From contig JAUSEW010000002.1 in NCBI GenBank assembly GCA_030651475.1, positions 83,927 through 147,926 of the forward strand: 64,000 nucleotides of DNA. The letters are read 5' to 3'. Position 1 is the stretch's first letter; each line of letters begins with the position of its first letter. Both the position numbers and the translations under genes were made by a program. Of the stretch, positions 41,010 through 50,968 are shown one piece after another. Below the pieces are notes generated by a model. The model had not been told where the DNA came from and did not search any database. It worked only from the letters and a program-made list of their open reading frames with translations. This DNA comes from Candidatus Levyibacteriota bacterium (GTDB lineage Bacteria; Patescibacteriota; Microgenomatia; Levybacterales; UBA12049).

Positions 41010-41084
41010 ATATTACATTTTTTTTGAATTTATGGCAATTATTAAGTCCCTTGATAGGTTTGCTATAGTTAGTTATAATTACTT

Positions 41085-43419
41085 TATGGCTACCTACAGG
41101 TACCGTAGACTTCTCCGAGGTCAAGGCATCAACATTTTCGTCTTAAGCAACCTGGCAAGATTTACATTCTTCGGACTTATCGGATTAATTTTCTTAACTT
41201 TCATTTTATTTATTTCGTATGGCCGTGATTTGCCGACTCCCGGAAAATTAAACTCCTCTAATCTATCTCAATCTACGAAAATTTATGACCGAAATGGAAT
41301 CGTCCTATACGATATTTACCGTACGGAAAATAGAACTTACGTATCCTTAGATATAATTCCGAAAATCCTACGAGAGGCTACGATTGCTACTGAAGATAAG
41401 AATTTTTATCAAAACCAAGGATTTTCGATAACAGGATACTTAAGAGCTATCAGAGACATTATTGTGTTTAGAAAAATTTCCGGAGGATCTACGTTGACAC
41501 AGCAGCTGGTTAAAAATACTCTTTTAACTCCCGAAAGGACGATACCTCGCAAGATTAAAGAGTTTATTTTGTCAACACAGGTTGACAGGAAATACACCAA
41601 AGATCAAATCTTGGAACTTTATCTTAATGTGGCGCCGTATGGGGGTACGATGGTGGGAGTAGAGTCTGCCTCGGAGGGATATTTTGGCAAAAAAGTTAAA
41701 GATCTAAATCTGGCTGAATCGGCTATTTTGGCAGGATTACCGCAAAGGCCATCTTACTATTCTCCATACGGACAAAATCCTAAAGCATATATAGCTAGAG
41801 CCCAAGAGGTGTTAAGGCGGATGCAGGAAGACGGTTATATTACGAAAAAACAAGAGTTGGATGCTGAAAAAAATCTTTCCAGCATAGACTTTTTGTCTCA
41901 AAGTCAATCCATAAAAGCTCCGCACTTTTCCTTTTACGTTAAGGATTTGCTTATTAAGCAGTTTGGAGAAAATCTTGTTGAGCAAGGAGGCCTTCAGGTG
42001 ACAACAACGCTTGACTATAAACTTCAGCAAAAAGCAGAACAGATAGCAAAAGAAGAAGTTGATGCAGCTAAATATCTTAAGGTTGGAAATGGTGCGAGTA
42101 TTGTTTTGGACACGAAAACAGGTGAGATTTTGGCGATGGTTGGGAGCCGCGACTTTTTTGCTACGAAATCAGCAACCGATACCCAATTTGAAGGCCAATT
42201 TAACGTCGTAACTCAAGCTCTTCGTCAGCCCGGTTCATCTATAAAACCCGTAGCCTATGCTACTGCTTTGGAGCGCGGATATACAGCAGCTACTCTTATA
42301 ATGGATGCAAAAACTGTTTTTCCAAATCAGGGAGGCAAAGATTATATTCCTGAAAATTATGATGGAAAATACCATGGGCCGTTGCAGCTTCGTTTCGCTC
42401 TCGGTTCATCAATCAATGTTCCTGCCGTAAAACTTCTAGGTCTTATTGGCGTTAAAAATATGCTTACAACAGCTTATAGGCTAGGGCTTACAACTCTTGC
42501 TCCGACAAAAGAAAACGCAGATCGTTTTGGGCTTTCTTTGACCTTGGGGGGTGGAGAAGTAAAGCTTATTGATCTTGCTTCGGCTTATTCGGCTTTTTCC
42601 AATGGCGGATATCATGTTGAACCCATAAGCATACTTAAAGTTACAGATTCGAAGGGTAATGTTCTTTTTGAACAAAAGTCGGTATCAAAAACGCGCGTTA
42701 TAAGTAGTGAGGTTGCTTTTATAATTTCCCATATGCTTTTGGATAATAACGCCAGGCTTATAACATTTGGAGTTAACAGCTATTTAAATATTCCCGGCAA
42801 AACTATCGCAGTTAAAACCGGTACGACGGACGACAAGAGGGATAATTGGGCAATAGGATGGACGCCGAGCATTTTGGTAGCGGCTTGGGTTGGTAATAAC
42901 GATAATAGTCCAATGGGGAATATAGCTTCCGGAGTTACAGGGGCAACGCCTATTTGGCGCCGCATAATACTTGAGGCTTTGAAAAATAAACCAAATGAGG
43001 ATTTCCAAAAACCGGATAATGTTGCAGCGGTTACCATAGATGCGTTAGGCGGAGGTCTGCCGGTAGATGGACAGTCTACGCGTACGGAATATTTTATAAA
43101 GGGGACAGAGCCGCAAGGCTCAAGCCCGATTTACCAGCAAATAAAAGTTTCCAAAGCCGATTCAAATAAAATAGCCAGTCAAAGCGAACTTGATAAAGGA
43201 GAATATGATACCCGTAATTTTATTGTCTTTAAGGAAAGCGATCCGATATCAACAGATGGTAAGAACCGTTGGCAGGAAGGAATAGATGGGTGGGTGAATG
43301 AAAATCATAAAGATGACCCCTTGTATCACCCGCCAACAGAAGTTTCAACGAGAATAGTTTCCGACACGCCTACCCCTACTTTGTCTCCTGCGCCAACTGC
43401 ATCTGCATCAGCTCAATAA
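41085..43419 (+). CDS. class A penicillin-binding protein (glycosyltransferase + transpeptidase)
   Basis: GT51 motifs (EDKNFYQNQGF, GGSTLTQQLVKN) and transpeptidase SxxK (SSIKP), SxN and KTG (KTGTT). The start is moved to ATG 41085 because the track ORF starts inside tyrS. Confidence 0.85.
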
Positions 43420-43422
43420 GTT

Positions 43423-45306
43423 TTATTCTTTTTGCGTTGCACCAAATTTACTTTTGAGGGTTTTTAATATTTTTTCGCGAATCTTTGAAACATCTTCATT
43501 AGATAAATTACCGTTTTTATCTTGATAAACAATATGGAACGTTTTTGTTTTTTCAAATTGACTCAACAAAGATACGTTGATTATTTTTTCACTTTGTTCC
43601 TTGATGGTTTTTATTAATTCCCCAATTGCTATTCGCTTATCAATTATTAAAGATAAATCTTCAAATACAGGCGGATATTTTGGAATTGGCACAAATGTTC
43701 TGTTAAGATTTATTTTTTCCAAAAGTTTGGAAAAGTTTAGTTCGAAAACAATAGTGTCATCTTCAGATTGGATAAGCCCGGATGGATCATCGGTAATTCC
43801 CAGTTGGTCAAATAATTCTTCCAATAATCCTTTAATCTCAAAAAACGTTTTTGAATTAGAAATTCCGGAAAGAAAGTAAGCTTCTTCCGCATTATCCAAA
43901 CTTTTACCTAGATATGCCTTGCCTAGCTCGAAAAGATTTATTTTTTCAAAATTAGGCTTGTTTTGTATTAAAGCTTTTTTAAGACCTATCTTAAGAGTTG
44001 AACGTAAATATTCAAAATCGCGGCTGATCGGATTATCAATGCGTAAAATATTTTCAGGGTCAAACCCCGCATCGGCAATATCGTTTTCACTTAGCAAGCT
44101 GTAAGTGTATATTTCTGAAAATCCGCAAGACGTAAAAATATTCTTGACTTTTTCTTCCAATTTATAATCTTTAAAATATGGGATTTGTTTGATAGGGATT
44201 TGTCCCAACGGTAAAGCTTTTGGAAATTTATTGTACCCATATAGTCTGGCTACCTCCTCTATTAAATCTTCTTCTATTTTTAAATCATTTCTGTATGTTG
44301 GGATAATAGTTTCTATTAAATTTTTATCAGCAATTTTTTTAGGTGATAAATTTAAGGAGTCTAAAATACTTAAAACATTCTTTTCCGGAATATTAACTCC
44401 AAGGATTTTTGCTAGTCTGTCTAATCTAAGCTCAAGTTTCCAGGGAGAGAAGTCAGACTTCTTAAGATCGTATAAATTGCTTGCTATTTCCCCGCCTGCC
44501 AATTTCAATACCAAGTCAACACATCTTCTCAATGTCTCGATTGTCCCGCCGCTATTAACTCCTCTTTCGAAAATAGCACTTGCCTCCGATCGAAGACCAA
44601 GCGCTTGAGAAGTTTTTCTTATAAAGGTGGGCACCTCTATAGGGACTCTTATGAAGATAGTTTTGGTTTCGTTAGAAATTTGACTGTTAAATCCTCCTTT
44701 AATTCCGCAGAGATCTATAATTTTTTCGCTGTCTTTTATAACAACTGCGTCTTTTGGAAGATGATAAGTTACACTATCTACACTTTTGAATTCTTCTCCG
44801 CCATTGGTTTGTGTAACATTAAGTACGCTACCTTTTATTTTTTCATAATCAAAAGCATGAAGGGGGTTGCCCAATTCGAGCATTACGTAATTTGTAATAT
44901 CAACGATATTATTTATCGGCCTAAGGCCTACTTTTTGTAACCTTTTTTTCAGCCAAACAGGAGATTCTTTAACCGTTATCCTGTCAATAATAATTCCCGT
45001 GAATCTCGGATTTATTTTATAATCAGCATTGATTGTTAATGATAGGGATTTTTGTGGCTTTGAGATATTAGGTAATTTAGGGAGTTTAATAGTTTTTTTT
45101 TCAATTGCGGCAATTTCTCTGGCAATTCCTATTATTGACAATAAATCCGGACGGTTTGGGGTTATTTCAAATTCAAAAATTGTGTCGTCATCAGCTTTTG
45201 AAATCCGCTCTGTTCCTAAGCCCACTTCAGTTAATCGCTCGCCCAATTCTTTGGGGCTAAGCGTTATATCTACATATTCTTTAAGCCATGAAAGCGGTGC
45301 AATCAT
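43423..45306 (-). CDS. pheT: phenylalanine--tRNA ligase beta subunit (short, 627 aa)
   Basis: B3/B4 and B5 regions are recognisable and the gene is coupled to pheS. About 170 aa shorter than typical bacterial PheT. Confidence 0.85.
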   Translation of the reverse strand: MIAPLSWLKEYVDITLSPKELGERLTEVGLGTERISKADDDTIFEFEITPNRPDLLSIIGIAREIAAIEKKTIKLPKLPNISKPQKSLSLTINADYKINPRFTGIIIDRITVKESPVWLKKRLQKVGLRPINNIVDITNYVMLELGNPLHAFDYEKIKGSVLNVTQTNGGEEFKSVDSVTYHLPKDAVVIKDSEKIIDLCGIKGGFNSQISNETKTIFIRVPIEVPTFIRKTSQALGLRSEASAIFERGVNSGGTIETLRRCVDLVLKLAGGEIASNLYDLKKSDFSPWKLELRLDRLAKILGVNIPEKNVLSILDSLNLSPKKIADKNLIETIIPTYRNDLKIEEDLIEEVARLYGYNKFPKALPLGQIPIKQIPYFKDYKLEEKVKNIFTSCGFSEIYTYSLLSENDIADAGFDPENILRIDNPISRDFEYLRSTLKIGLKKALIQNKPNFEKINLFELGKAYLGKSLDNAEEAYFLSGISNSKTFFEIKGLLEELFDQLGITDDPSGLIQSEDDTIVFELNFSKLLEKINLNRTFVPIPKYPPVFEDLSLIIDKRIAIGELIKTIKEQSEKIINVSLLSQFEKTKTFHIVYQDKNGNLSNEDVSKIREKILKTLKSKFGATQKE

Positions 45307-45309
45307 AAT

Positions 45310-46344
45310 TTAAAATTGTTCCAGAATTCTCATATCCGGATTAGTCAAAAGCCGAAGATCATCCATTTGGTAGCGTAAAGTTGCAAGCCTTGATAGTCCA
45401 ACTCCAAAGGCGAAACCATGATATTTATTGGGATCGATATTGACGTTTCTTAAGACATTAGGATGTATCATTCCTGCTCCCAAAATTTCTACCCAGCCGG
45501 AATTTTTACAGAACGTGCAGCCTTTTCCTTTACAGACATTGCAGCTAATATATGCTTCTGCTCCCGGTTCTACGAAGGGAAAGTTATGGCAAACGAAACG
45601 AACTTTAGTTTTTTCCCCGAAAAACTTTTTAAAGAAATATTCAATAACCCCAAATAAATCTGTCATTTTAATATTCTCATCAACTGCAAATCCCTCAAAT
45701 TGCTGGAATTCAAATCCGTGAGAAACGTCCACCTGTTCGTATCGAAACACCTTTCCAGGAACTATAATTCTAAAAGGCGGTTTAATTTTTTCCATTATTC
45801 GTCCTTGCATGTTTGACGTTTGAGTTCTTAACAGTGTTTCTCCGGCAGCGATTCTACTATTTCTTGTATCAACATAGAGTGTTTGTTGAGTATCTCTTGA
45901 CGGATGGTCTTTTGGGATATTAAGAGCTTCGAAATTATAATAATCGGTTTCGATTTCAGGACCATCAGCTACCTGGAATCCTATTCTTTTGAATATATCC
46001 ACAACTTCATACAAAACCTGCGTCATTGGGTGCAAATGTCCGATGTCTGGTTTTATTCCCGGAATAGTTGTGTCAATATCTATTTTATTTTGAGAATTTT
46101 GATTCGAAAGTTTTTCTTGTGCTTGGGAAATTGTTTCTTCTATTGTCTTTTTTACTTCGTTAGCCAGTCTTCCGATCTCCCCTCTTTTTTCCAAAGGAAG
46201 TTTGGGAAGTTCTTTCAGAAGAAGCGTCAATTTGCCGCTTCGCCCCAAGAATTGCAGTTTTAATTCCTCTAATTCTTTTAAATTATCGCAATCAAGAATT
46301 AAAGATAAAGCCGAATTTTTAACACCAATCAATTCTTCTCCCAT
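45310..46344 (-). CDS. pheS: phenylalanine--tRNA ligase alpha subunit
   Basis: Class II motifs, GAGMIHPNVLRNVNIDP and GFAFGVGLSRLATLRY, plus the Cys4 knuckle found in Bacillus-type PheS. Confidence 0.9.
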   Translation of the reverse strand: MGEELIGVKNSALSLILDCDNLKELEELKLQFLGRSGKLTLLLKELPKLPLEKRGEIGRLANEVKKTIEETISQAQEKLSNQNSQNKIDIDTTIPGIKPDIGHLHPMTQVLYEVVDIFKRIGFQVADGPEIETDYYNFEALNIPKDHPSRDTQQTLYVDTRNSRIAAGETLLRTQTSNMQGRIMEKIKPPFRIIVPGKVFRYEQVDVSHGFEFQQFEGFAVDENIKMTDLFGVIEYFFKKFFGEKTKVRFVCHNFPFVEPGAEAYISCNVCKGKGCTFCKNSGWVEILGAGMIHPNVLRNVNIDPNKYHGFAFGVGLSRLATLRYQMDDLRLLTNPDMRILEQF

Positions 46345-46371
46345 AACTTAAGAATACCATAATTATTAGTA

Positions 46372-46395
46372 TAAAAAAACCTCCCTTTTGGGAGG
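46372..46395 (-). terminator. Rho-independent terminator after rplT
   Basis: On the minus strand, an ACCTCCC-aaaa-GGGAGGT stem-loop is followed by a run of seven T. Confidence 0.7.
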
Positions 46396-46420
46396 TCATC
46401 CTATCTCTATATAGCTAATA

Positions 46421-46771
46421 TCAAACATTTTTGACTTTGTCAACGATGGTTTTGAAAGCGGCCGGATCGCTAATCAAAAGATTGCTTAATATCTTCCTAT
46501 CAAGTTCAATATTTGCTTTCTTAAGCTTGTTAATAAAAACGCTGTAAGATATCCCTTCTTGTTTTACGGCTTGGGAAATTCTGGTTATCCAAAGCTGCCT
46601 GAAATCTCTCTTCTTGAGTTTCCTTCCGGCGAACGCGTAAGCTCCGGCATGAAGAGCCGCATCCCGCGCAACTGTTATTAGACGGCTTTTTGTCGCCCTA
46701 AAGCCTTTCGTGAGACTTAGTGCTTTCTTATGTTTTCTTTTTACTACAAGTCCTCTTTTAACTCTTGTCAT
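46421..46771 (-). CDS. rplT: 50S ribosomal protein L20
   Basis: MTRVKRGLVVKRKHKK. Confidence 0.9.
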   Translation of the reverse strand: MTRVKRGLVVKRKHKKALSLTKGFRATKSRLITVARDAALHAGAYAFAGRKLKKRDFRQLWITRISQAVKQEGISYSVFINKLKKANIELDRKILSNLLISDPAAFKTIVDKVKNV

Positions 46772-46820
46772 AGATTCGAATTCCTCACTATGACCCTGAA
46801 TTTATTGAACGGGTCATAGA

Positions 46821-47018
46821 TTAAGCTCTCCCTAACATCTTTTTTATTCTTCTCGCAAATGCGCCTTTTAACATTCCCGGTTCTTTATGCCGTCTGCTTC
46901 GGCTTGCGGATTTGTTGATTTTCAAATGCCCGGCATACTGATGCGAGAACATCACTTTACCTGTTTTGGTGACCTTAAACCTTTTTGATACCGATTTCTT
47001 TATTTTCTTTTTTGGCAT
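46821..47018 (-). CDS. rpmI: 50S ribosomal protein L35
   Basis: MPKKKIKKSVSKRFKVTKTGKV. Confidence 0.9.
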   Translation of the reverse strand: MPKKKIKKSVSKRFKVTKTGKVMFSHQYAGHLKINKSASRSRRHKEPGMLKGAFARRIKKMLGRA

Positions 47019-47565
47019 ATTCTTTTTTCCTTTCCGGCGACAATAAAGTTATTAATTGCGGCCCTTCGAAATGTACTTCTCTATCAACCTTTGAAACGTC
47101 AGATACCGCCGCAACCACTTTTTGCATGATCTCTTTTCCAAATTCGGGATGCGCGATCTGCCGTCCCCTAAACTTCAATACCAATCTTACTTTGTCATTA
47201 TCTTCTAAAAATTCCCTTGATCTCCTGATCACGACTTGCAAATCATGTTCGTTCATGAAAGGACCAAGTCTTAATTCTTTGGTTTCCGAAATTTTACTTT
47301 TTTTCTTTTCTTCCTTTTTTTTCTTGGCCTCTTGATATATAAATTTTTTAAAGTCAATGATTTTGGCTACTGGTGGTTTTGCCATCGGGGCAACTTCTAC
47401 CAGATCGAGTCCTTCTTGTCTTGCCTTTGTCAGTGCTTCAAATTTAGATAGTACTCCGATTTGCTTACCAAGACTATCTAAAACACGAAGGGTGTGAGCG
47501 AAAATCCGCTCGTTCACCCTATAAAATTTTCTTTCTTCCTGTCTTTTTTTAAATCTTCTTATCAA
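46975..47565 (-). CDS. infC: translation initiation factor IF-3
   Basis: RVNERI...VRLV and KELRLGPFMNEHDLQ blocks, in the conserved thrS-infC-rpmI-rplT order. Confidence 0.85.
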   Translation of the reverse strand: MIRRFKKRQEERKFYRVNERIFAHTLRVLDSLGKQIGVLSKFEALTKARQEGLDLVEVAPMAKPPVAKIIDFKKFIYQEAKKKKEEKKKSKISETKELRLGPFMNEHDLQVVIRRSREFLEDNDKVRLVLKFRGRQIAHPEFGKEIMQKVVAAVSDVSKVDREVHFEGPQLITLLSPERKKEYAKKENKEIGIKKV

Positions 47566-48757
47566 TTTCTTCTTTTACCCTTTGTAAAAATTTGGAAACT
47601 TCAATTGGTCCTAGATCTTTGCCTTCCCTTGTTCTTACGGAAATCGTTTGATTTGCGATTTCTCTATCTCCTATTATACCCATAAAAGGCACTTTTTGTA
47701 AAGTAGCATTCCTGATTTTTGCCTGAAGAGTTTCCTGCCGATTATCAAGCTCCACTCGGATATTCTCCTTCTTAAATTTCTCAACCAAATCTTGCGCTCC
47801 TTTTGTTTGTCTGTCTGTAATCGGCAATATCTCGACTTGCACAGGCGAAAGCCATAATGGAAAAGCTCCCTGATAATGCTCGGTTAAAATTCCTATAAAT
47901 CTTTCAAAAGATCCGAAGATAGCCCGATGAATCATTACCGGCCTTTTTAGCGTTCCGTCTTTATCAGCATATTCAAGCTGCATTTTTTCCGGGATTTGAA
48001 AGTCGAGTTGAATTGTCGCCAATTGCCAATCTCTGTCTTGGGAGTCTTTAATGTGGATGTCTATTTTCGGGCCATAAAAAGCTCCGTCTTTTTCTTTTAT
48101 TCCGTATTTTACTTTGGCAGTTTTCAATGCCCCCTCTAGGTCTTTTTCTGCTTTTTCCCAAAGCTTTGGATCACCCATTGCCTTCTCAGGTTTAGTAGAA
48201 AAATAAAATTCAGGTTTAAACGCCAGAGATTTATAGAAATTGATTACTAATAATATTAGTTTATGAATTTCTTCTTGGATTTGGTCAGGCTGAACGTAAA
48301 GATGGGCATCGTCAATCGTAAATTGTCTGACTCTAAATAATCCTCCCAAAACGCCGGAAAGCTCGCGCCGATGAAGTATCCCGTAATCGGAAAATTTAAT
48401 TGGAAGGTCTTGATAACTCCTTGTCCTTGATGAATAAATAAGTGTTGATTCAGGGCAATTCATTGGTTTTAAAGAATAGGTTTCTTTTTCCAGTTCCAGG
48501 TTGAACATATTCTGCTCGCCAAAATGTTCCCAGTGTCCGGATTGTTTAAAAAGCGTATTCTTAACCATTACAGGTGTATTAATTTCTTTATAGCCTTCAT
48601 CTTCTGTTATTTTCCTAACATACTCCTGAAGAGTTTTGTAAATTACCCAGCCCTTAGGATGCCAAAAAACTGCTCCCGGAGCAACATCATGAAACGAAAA
48701 TAGATCAAGTTCTTTGCCAATTTGCCTGTGGTCTTTAAGTGCTGTTTTGCTGTCCAT
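47549..48757 (-). CDS. thrS: threonine--tRNA ligase, catalytic plus anticodon-binding domains only (no N-terminal TGS/editing domains)
   Basis: Class II motifs HRRELSGVLGGLFRVRQFTIDDAHLY and GSFERFIGIL. 402 aa versus ~640 aa for canonical ThrRS. Confidence 0.85.
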   Translation of the reverse strand: MDSKTALKDHRQIGKELDLFSFHDVAPGAVFWHPKGWVIYKTLQEYVRKITEDEGYKEINTPVMVKNTLFKQSGHWEHFGEQNMFNLELEKETYSLKPMNCPESTLIYSSRTRSYQDLPIKFSDYGILHRRELSGVLGGLFRVRQFTIDDAHLYVQPDQIQEEIHKLILLVINFYKSLAFKPEFYFSTKPEKAMGDPKLWEKAEKDLEGALKTAKVKYGIKEKDGAFYGPKIDIHIKDSQDRDWQLATIQLDFQIPEKMQLEYADKDGTLKRPVMIHRAIFGSFERFIGILTEHYQGAFPLWLSPVQVEILPITDRQTKGAQDLVEKFKKENIRVELDNRQETLQAKIRNATLQKVPFMGIIGDREIANQTISVRTREGKDLGPIEVSKFLQRVKEEIDKKI

Positions 48758-48783
48758 AGAAATTATTTTATCAGGTTAAGACT

Positions 48784-49386
48784 TCAAAGTCCAAGAGTAC
48801 TACTTATTGATTGCATTGCGGTTAGCGTTATTAAGATAAATTCGGGAAGAGGAATTCCCAGCTTTAACTCGCACATTTTTATCGCTTCCCTATTGGCGCC
48901 TTTGGCAAAAGAATTGTCGTTAAATTTCTCCAAAATAAATTCCGATGTGACCGTAGCAAGCATTTTACCTTGCCCCGCCGAAGTCTCTGACGAAGGTGGG
49001 TCGGGACGGACAAGCGTTGCTGCGACAATTAATCCTGTTAGCTGGTCGGCGCAATAAATACTCCAATCCATAAGACTGATTGGTTCTATTTTGGTATTTT
49101 CGAAGTTATGAGATTTTATCGCATAAGCAATATCTGGCGGAATGAGCGGCTGTTTTTCGCAGATTAACAAACCGTGAATTTCCGGATTGCCTTTGCTTAA
49201 CTGGTAATCAGCATCATGCAATAATCCCGTAATTCCCCATTTTTCTTCAGCTAAAATATCGTAAGGTTGAGGGTTCAATCTTCGGTATAGCGTTTTCATT
49301 ACCGTTTCAGCAGCCAAACAATGTTTGATAAGATTGGGATTGGTTAAATAAGTTGTTAAGATTTGATACGCTTCATCTCTAGTCAT
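48784..49386 (-). CDS. HD-domain phosphohydrolase
   Basis: H...HD motif (KHCLAAE...GLLHDADY). Confidence 0.6.
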   Translation of the reverse strand: MTRDEAYQILTTYLTNPNLIKHCLAAETVMKTLYRRLNPQPYDILAEEKWGITGLLHDADYQLSKGNPEIHGLLICEKQPLIPPDIAYAIKSHNFENTKIEPISLMDWSIYCADQLTGLIVAATLVRPDPPSSETSAGQGKMLATVTSEFILEKFNDNSFAKGANREAIKMCELKLGIPLPEFILITLTAMQSISSTLGL

Positions 49387-49468
49387 AGGATTATAATATC
49401 ATCTTTTGGATGATAAGAATGCTAAATTGTTTTACGAGATAAATTTTGTTACAATCTTAATGTAGTTT

Positions 49469-49545
49469 GGGTTCGTAGCTCAGTTGGTTAGAGCGTTACA
49501 TTGACATTGTAAAGGTCAGAGGTTCGACTCCTCTCGGGCCCACCA
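49469..49545 (+). tRNA. tRNA-Val (anticodon GAC)
   Basis: Manual cloverleaf: acceptor GGGTTCG/CGGGCCC with two G-U pairs, D arm GCTC...GAGC, anticodon stem TTACA/TGTAA with loop TTGACAT, T arm AGAGG-TTCGACT-CCTCT, discriminator A plus encoded CCA. Confidence 0.85.
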
Positions 49546-49772
49546 TTCTGGAGGCCGCCGTTTTCTGAAGTTTTTCAGCTGAGATTTTCTATATCAAACC
49601 ACAGAAATTAATTTGCGTTGATGGCGACATATCAAAATGTTTCATTTTTTAACCTTGTCAAGAGGCAATTTATATTGAAAAATCATACTAACTTGGTAAT
49701 TAAGCAATTTTGCTGATATAATGAATTTATCCAAGTCCTCGCTTTGCCTATCTCCAGCTTCCGCTGGGGGAT

Positions 49773-50528
49773 TTACTTAGCGAGGCAAATTTTTTTCCAA
49801 TAGAACACGTTTATTTTCTGATACTCAAAACTTGGCCAGTAATAGTTAGCTTTCATCTTGCATTTTTCAGCTATCCCCGGACACTTACTTAAAAGTGCTT
49901 TGCGGTAGATATTTTTATGTTTTTCCGCTCCCGTTAGAATTTTTCTATGGACATCTGCAAAGCTCAATATCAAACCGGTTAAAAAATCGGTTGCTTGAAT
50001 CATATTGGAAACGCCTGTAAATTCTCCGTTTTTTGCCCTATTTTTAGAATCCCGCCGATACACTTGTACAATAGTTGTATCTTTTTGTTTCAAAAAAGTC
50101 GGCAAAATAACATTACCTTGAAAACCTTTGTCGTCAATATTCAAGAGTTTCTTGTGTTGTTCATATTTTTCAGGACTGATCGAACGGCAAAGTTCGGCGT
50201 AGGCGGAAACGTATGCCATATCCTTTTTATCTAAACCATAATGGTTATCTTCAAAATAATCTTTGTTAGAAAAAAGGTTATCTTTAATGAGTATTTTAAA
50301 ATAAATATCTTCTGTTAAGAGAAAATAATCTATGAGTCTGACGGCGTAAAGAATCTGGGAATAATCTGTTGAGGAGTATTTCAACTCTCTTTTTTCATAT
50401 CCGCACTCTTTTCGGATTTTTTGAATATTTTGCATGTGGATGGTAGGCGTAGTAGTGAATAAGAAACCGACAGCCCAAATTTTGTCAGCGCCTGGAGTAT
50501 TTGATTCATCGCCGTATAGATATAACAT
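49773..50528 (-). CDS. DUF3800-family protein
   Basis: N-terminal LYLYGDES... matches the DUF3800 Y-x-DES start. It is the last gene of the defense-like operon. Confidence 0.55.
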   Translation of the reverse strand: MLYLYGDESNTPGADKIWAVGFLFTTTPTIHMQNIQKIRKECGYEKRELKYSSTDYSQILYAVRLIDYFLLTEDIYFKILIKDNLFSNKDYFEDNHYGLDKKDMAYVSAYAELCRSISPEKYEQHKKLLNIDDKGFQGNVILPTFLKQKDTTIVQVYRRDSKNRAKNGEFTGVSNMIQATDFLTGLILSFADVHRKILTGAEKHKNIYRKALLSKCPGIAEKCKMKANYYWPSFEYQKINVFYWKKICLAK

Positions 50529-50596
50529 CTTCTTATCTTATCACTTTCTACTGTCTCAATTTCCTCGGAGGGAGGGTCGTAGGGTTTATAAACTAC

Positions 50597-50968
50597 CTAA
50601 TCGATCTTGCCATAGAAAGCTAGACTTCCCTTTGTAATTCTTTTGTACTTCCATCCTTGTCGCTTACAATACGCTTTGGCACTTTCACCCTTTAATTTTG
50701 TAGAAACCCATAAAAGTAAAGGCAAACCTTTTGTCTCGTGCAACTCTTTTGACCCATCTTGATATTCCACTAAAAAATCCGGTAAATAATTGTGAGTAAA
50801 ACCAAGCAGCTTATAAGGAATTCTAATCCCATGTTTTTTAGTCCAGCTTTTTACTGCCGGATCTCTTTCTAGTTCCACCATATACTCTCGTTCTAATGCT
50901 GAATCGTAACTTTCCCAACCACTAGAACTTTTTCTTAACTGTGTTAATCTTCCATGCTTTGTTATCAT
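50597..50968 (-). CDS. small TnsA-N-like PD-(D/E)xK endonuclease-fold protein
   Basis: YLPDFLVEYQDGSKELHETKG fits the D...E-x-K core of TnsA_N and restriction-endonuclease-like folds. Its start overlaps the helicase stop by 4 bp. Confidence 0.45.
   Translation of the reverse strand: MITKHGRLTQLRKSSSGWESYDSALEREYMVELERDPAVKSWTKKHGIRIPYKLLGFTHNYLPDFLVEYQDGSKELHETKGLPLLLWVSTKLKGESAKAYCKRQGWKYKRITKGSLAFYGKID

Noticed and set aside
40915-41084. PBP1A start at 40915 as given in the ORF track
   Set aside because: That start lies inside the tyrS coding region on the opposite strand. ATG 41085 (MATYRYRRLL...) precedes the N-terminal TM helix and leaves a 75-bp divergent promoter region.
49546-49772. 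Direct repeat of the tRNA-Val 3' end that would mark an integrase attachment site at the far island boundary
   Set aside because: No second copy of the tRNA-Val 3' segment (ggttcgactcctctcgggccc) was seen downstream by eye, and no integrase is encoded in the island. The island is therefore called on gene content only. The hairpins at 49720-49790 look like a terminator for the DUF3800 gene.
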